Shown here one piece after another: positions 61,779 to 64,000 of a stretch of 64,000 nt of DNA. The DNA is from Thermoplasmata archaeon (GTDB lineage Archaea; Thermoplasmatota; E2; DHVEG-1). The translations under genes and the position numbers were made by a program. Where the stretch lies: positions 5,384 through 69,383 of the forward strand of contig JAHWGJ010000004.1 in assembly GCA_020054475.1 (NCBI GenBank). Direction: 5' to 3'. Position 1 is the stretch's first letter, and each line of letters starts with the position of its first letter. Below the pieces are notes generated by a model. The model did no database searches. It was not told the origin of the DNA and saw only the letters and a program-made list of their open reading frames with translations.

Positions 61779-62788
61779 CTAAATTCAACAATCGCATCAG
61801 TTCGTTCCGCGATTTTAACGATCTCTTCGACAATATCAACTTCGGATGTTTTCTTTCCACAGGCCGGACAGATAGATAAGATACCTTCTTCAATGAGTTG
61901 ACAGCGTTCGCAAATCCAACCTTTTTGTTTAACATCTTTTTCTACAAGCAATGCCTCCACTTGTCCATTTTTCACTGCTGTTAATGTATTTTTAAGACCA
62001 TATACTGCCAATCCGTTTTTCAAAATCTCAATTCGAATCAGTTCAAGTAACCGTTGATGTTCCTGTTTACCTTTTTCTTTCATTATTTCATGTGTTTCAT
62101 TGAACAATCCATATTCATCATCCATATCAACATTCACTTCTGCAATTACGCCTTTTTGAAGCATTATTGGTAACATGTCACGAAAGTGTTTCTTCGTTTC
62201 CCCTGGGCCTGCAAGAAGAATGTTATCTCGTGCAATTTTTTGAAGAGCCTCAACAATTTCTGTTAAAAAGGTATGTATATTTCCTTTTCTTAATCGTTGG
62301 AATCGTGCTTGGGACATACCACCTTTTTTATGCTTATTCATAATATCTGCAGAGAGATCTTTTTCGGTATTTAGTTCTCCGCAGGAAAAAGAAAATATTT
62401 TTGCATGATTAGAATTCAGCAACACAAGAGTATAAACCTGCCATTCATCAGCTAACTCAGCTATCTGATGAATATAAGGAGATACGTCAACAACAAGAGA
62501 ATTTTTTACGTTCACGGGAAATGTGATAGCCTTGAAAAAATTATTTTTATCAGATGCAAAAATTGCGTGATTTGATCCCTTGTTTTTCTTCAAATATGTC
62601 TTTATCTCATTGATTGTTTTTAAGAAATTTTTTAATTCATCATATTTTAAAATGTGTTGAATCACTTTTTCTCTGTGTTGAATAAAATGTTCATCTTTTC
62701 CATCAAAATATAGACTAACAAATGTTTTCAAATTATCTTTATCATAAATTTCAATAAGTCCAGGTAATGATTTATCACATGTCTTCAT
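61721..62788 (-). CDS. eRF1/aRF1-like release-factor paralog: divergent N-domain, GGQ loop replaced by [16 protein letters not shown], C-domain with a CxxC-x12-CxxC zinc ribbon
   Basis: Central and C-terminal blocks align by eye to eRF1. [29 protein letters not shown] matches [43 protein letters not shown] matches [32 protein letters not shown] matches [29 protein letters not shown] matches GIGGILRYRVDF. No NIKS or YxCxxxF motif in the N-domain. Confidence 0.55.
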   Translation of the reverse strand: [355 protein letters not shown]

Positions 62789-63209
62789 AAGAAAAAAATA
62801 TAAACATATTCTATTTAAAACATTTCTAATTATCTAATGGGAACTGATGAAAAATATAGGTTGTGTTTATAGTAGGGAGGAAAAGAGGGGGCAAAAACCC
62901 AAAAAGCACCTCAAAACTTATCTTCAAGACAGGTTTTAAATATGAAAACTTGTGAAACATTTTAATTCCGAGATAAATCAATATTTTACCAGTAAACTGG
63001 TGTTCAAATCCCTTCCCCTGCATAATTTTTTAAAAAATAATTGGATATATATACTGATTTACTCAAAACTAGATTACTATTAAAATTGAGAGAAATATCC
63101 CCCTAGATTAAATTATATAAAACTCGGCAAAAACGTTATTATAATAAATAAAATTTATAATCTCTTGTAATATACAAATATTGGGGGATGTATTAGGAGG
63201 GAATAAAGA

Positions 63210-63404
63210 ATGGATAAAAAAAATATTGATTATAAGGCTATTTATTCGTTAGGTATAATTTTTACGTTTAGTGGTATTCCAATAACAATTGCAACAAGAA
63301 ATCCAGCTTTTTTGGGATTAATGGCTTTTGGTATAATATTAATGCTAACTGGTTATGTAAATAGAGATAAATGGGAAGGTGCGATTAAAAAAAAAGGAAT
63401 TTGA
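63210..63404 (+). CDS. Small two-TM membrane protein
   Basis: ORF, hydrophobic. Confidence 0.3.
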   Translation: MDKKNIDYKAIYSLGIIFTFSGIPITIATRNPAFLGLMAFGIILMLTGYVNRDKWEGAIKKKGI

Positions 63405-63503
63405 GGAGATGAAAGAGGATTTTAAAAAGCAATATGAAAAAGAATTTGAGGAGATTAAAAAGGGTTTTAAAAAACAAAATAGAAAAAAAATTGAAAATAA
63501 CTG

Positions 63504-63600
63504 AAATCCCCCCTGTTGAAAATACTGTTATAATGCTTTAAAACCCTTTTTTTCTCCTGTTACCCTCTATTTACTAAGGAGAAATACTACTTTAAAGCAA
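63504..63600 (+). repeat. Conserved intergenic element type A, copy 4 (perfect 8-bp stem TTTCTCCT / AGGAGAAA)
   Basis: gaaatcccccctgttgaaaatactgttataatgctttaaaaccctttttttctcctgttaccctctatttactaaggagaaatactactttaaagcaa. Confidence 0.55.
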
Positions 63601-63663
63601 TAAAATTTATATCCCTTTATAATATACAATTATTTGGGAGTTACGTCAGGGAGGTAATATAAA

Positions 63664-63996
63664 ATGAAAATTAAGATATATCTAATTATTTTTATTATTC
63701 TAACACCTTTTTTCTATTCAGTATTAGGATATGAAAACATTTTAGAAGAAAATCATCAAAATTCTTCTCAAATACTTGAAACAAACATTTGTAATTCAAT
63801 ACCGACTTGGGAAATAGGAGATATGTGGACATATAAGATAAATGAAATTGTATATATTAATGAAGATTTGACAAATCTCATAAATATTCAATTTAGTGAA
63901 AGTACGCTATTTCTTAATGTTGTAAGTATCTCAGATGATAATTATAATCTAGATTTTATTACCAGTCAGTATGGAAATTTTGAATTAATTATTTAG
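63664..63996 (+). CDS. Small secreted/membrane-anchored hypothetical protein
   Basis: N-terminal hydrophobic signal-like segment. ORF only. Confidence 0.3.
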   Translation: MKIKIYLIIFIILTPFFYSVLGYENILEENHQNSSQILETNICNSIPTWEIGDMWTYKINEIVYINEDLTNLINIQFSESTLFLNVVSISDDNYNLDFITSQYGNFELII

Positions 63997-64000
63997 AATT

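Larger units (their letters stand above)
46790..64000. mobile_element. Putative integrated element: mini-MCM, repeat/origin-like block, small-ORF cluster, XRE regulator, tyrosine integrase, then cargo of zinc-ribbon, SHOCT and eRF1-like genes. Boundaries not defined. It may continue beyond the window.
   Basis: Co-occurrence of a replication-initiator-type ATPase, an intact integrase, an XRE regulator, modular repeated promoters and a very high density of tiny ORFs. No att repeats identified. Confidence 0.35.

Noticed and set aside
62990-63030. tRNA-like T-arm string GGTGTTCAAATCCC, which could indicate a tRNA gene or tRNA-derived att site next to the island
   Set aside because: No complementary T-stem, no acceptor or anticodon arms, and the upstream 75 nt are AT-rich without a cloverleaf. 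Only an incidental match to TTCAAATCC. The downstream AAATCCCTTCCCCTG resembles the start of the type-A repeat instead.
55400-64000. Possibility that the repeated intergenic elements form a CRISPR array
   Set aside because: The repeats are about 95 nt, are spaced 1.3 to 2 kb apart, and protein-coding genes lie between them. There are no short, regularly spaced repeat-spacer units and no cas genes.
1-64000. rRNA or tRNA genes
   Set aside because: The GC-rich islands in this AT-rich window (3590-3700, 14058-14131, 31570-31600, 54940-54990, 62870-62900) are collagen-repeat coding sequence or purine/pyrimidine tracts. None folds into a cloverleaf or matches rRNA.

Overview
Strongly AT-rich archaeal chromosomal segment. 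The archaeal assignment rests on recognisable RadA, Hef helicase/nuclease, SMC plus ScpA, MCM-type AAA+ motifs, PGF-CTERM sorting signals and an eRF1/aRF1-type protein. I cannot place it below domain level from sequence alone.

The first ~46 kb looks like ordinary chromosome:
- Chromosome maintenance: smc and scpA (co-oriented, overlapping), hef, a UPF0147-like gene, endonuclease IV-like nfo, a SIS/PHI-like gene and radA.
- Peptide scavenging: a secreted clan-CD/C25-like cysteine peptidase, an OPT-family transporter, and two tandem paralogous 5-gene Opp/Dpp-type ABC operons.
- A glycyl-radical enzyme with its radical-SAM activase.
- Other genes: Kbl/BioF-like PLP enzyme, NAD-kinase-like protein, HflX GTPase.
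- Secreted surface-type proteins: parallel beta-helix repeat proteins, NlpC/P60+PKD, PKD, a collagen-like protein with a frameshift, and PGF-CTERM anchored proteins.

From ~46.8 kb to the window end the character changes, and I read this as a probable integrated mobile element:
- A 444-aa mini-MCM with a helix-hairpin-helix N-terminus.
- A ~1.1 kb G-depleted non-coding block carrying degenerate direct repeats (iteron or origin candidate).
- A run of very small ORFs, an XRE-HTH regulator and an intact tyrosine recombinase.
- An ~8.5 kb cargo region of tiny Cys4 zinc-ribbon proteins, small membrane proteins (three tandem SHOCT-domain paralogs) and a PGF-CTERM protein.
- A divergent eRF1/aRF1-like release-factor paralog in which GGQ is replaced by GG-M-SQ, with a C-terminal zinc ribbon.

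The cargo region is punctuated by two families of repeated non-coding modules:
- Four copies of a ~95-nt element with a TATA-like TGTTATAATGC box and a hairpin pairing CTCCT with AGGAG.
- Four copies of a promoter/leader module (TTTATTAGATATG ... GGGAG) directly upstream of genes.

No rRNA, tRNA or CRISPR array was found. All calls come from reading motifs in the supplied translations and sequence. No database search was run.
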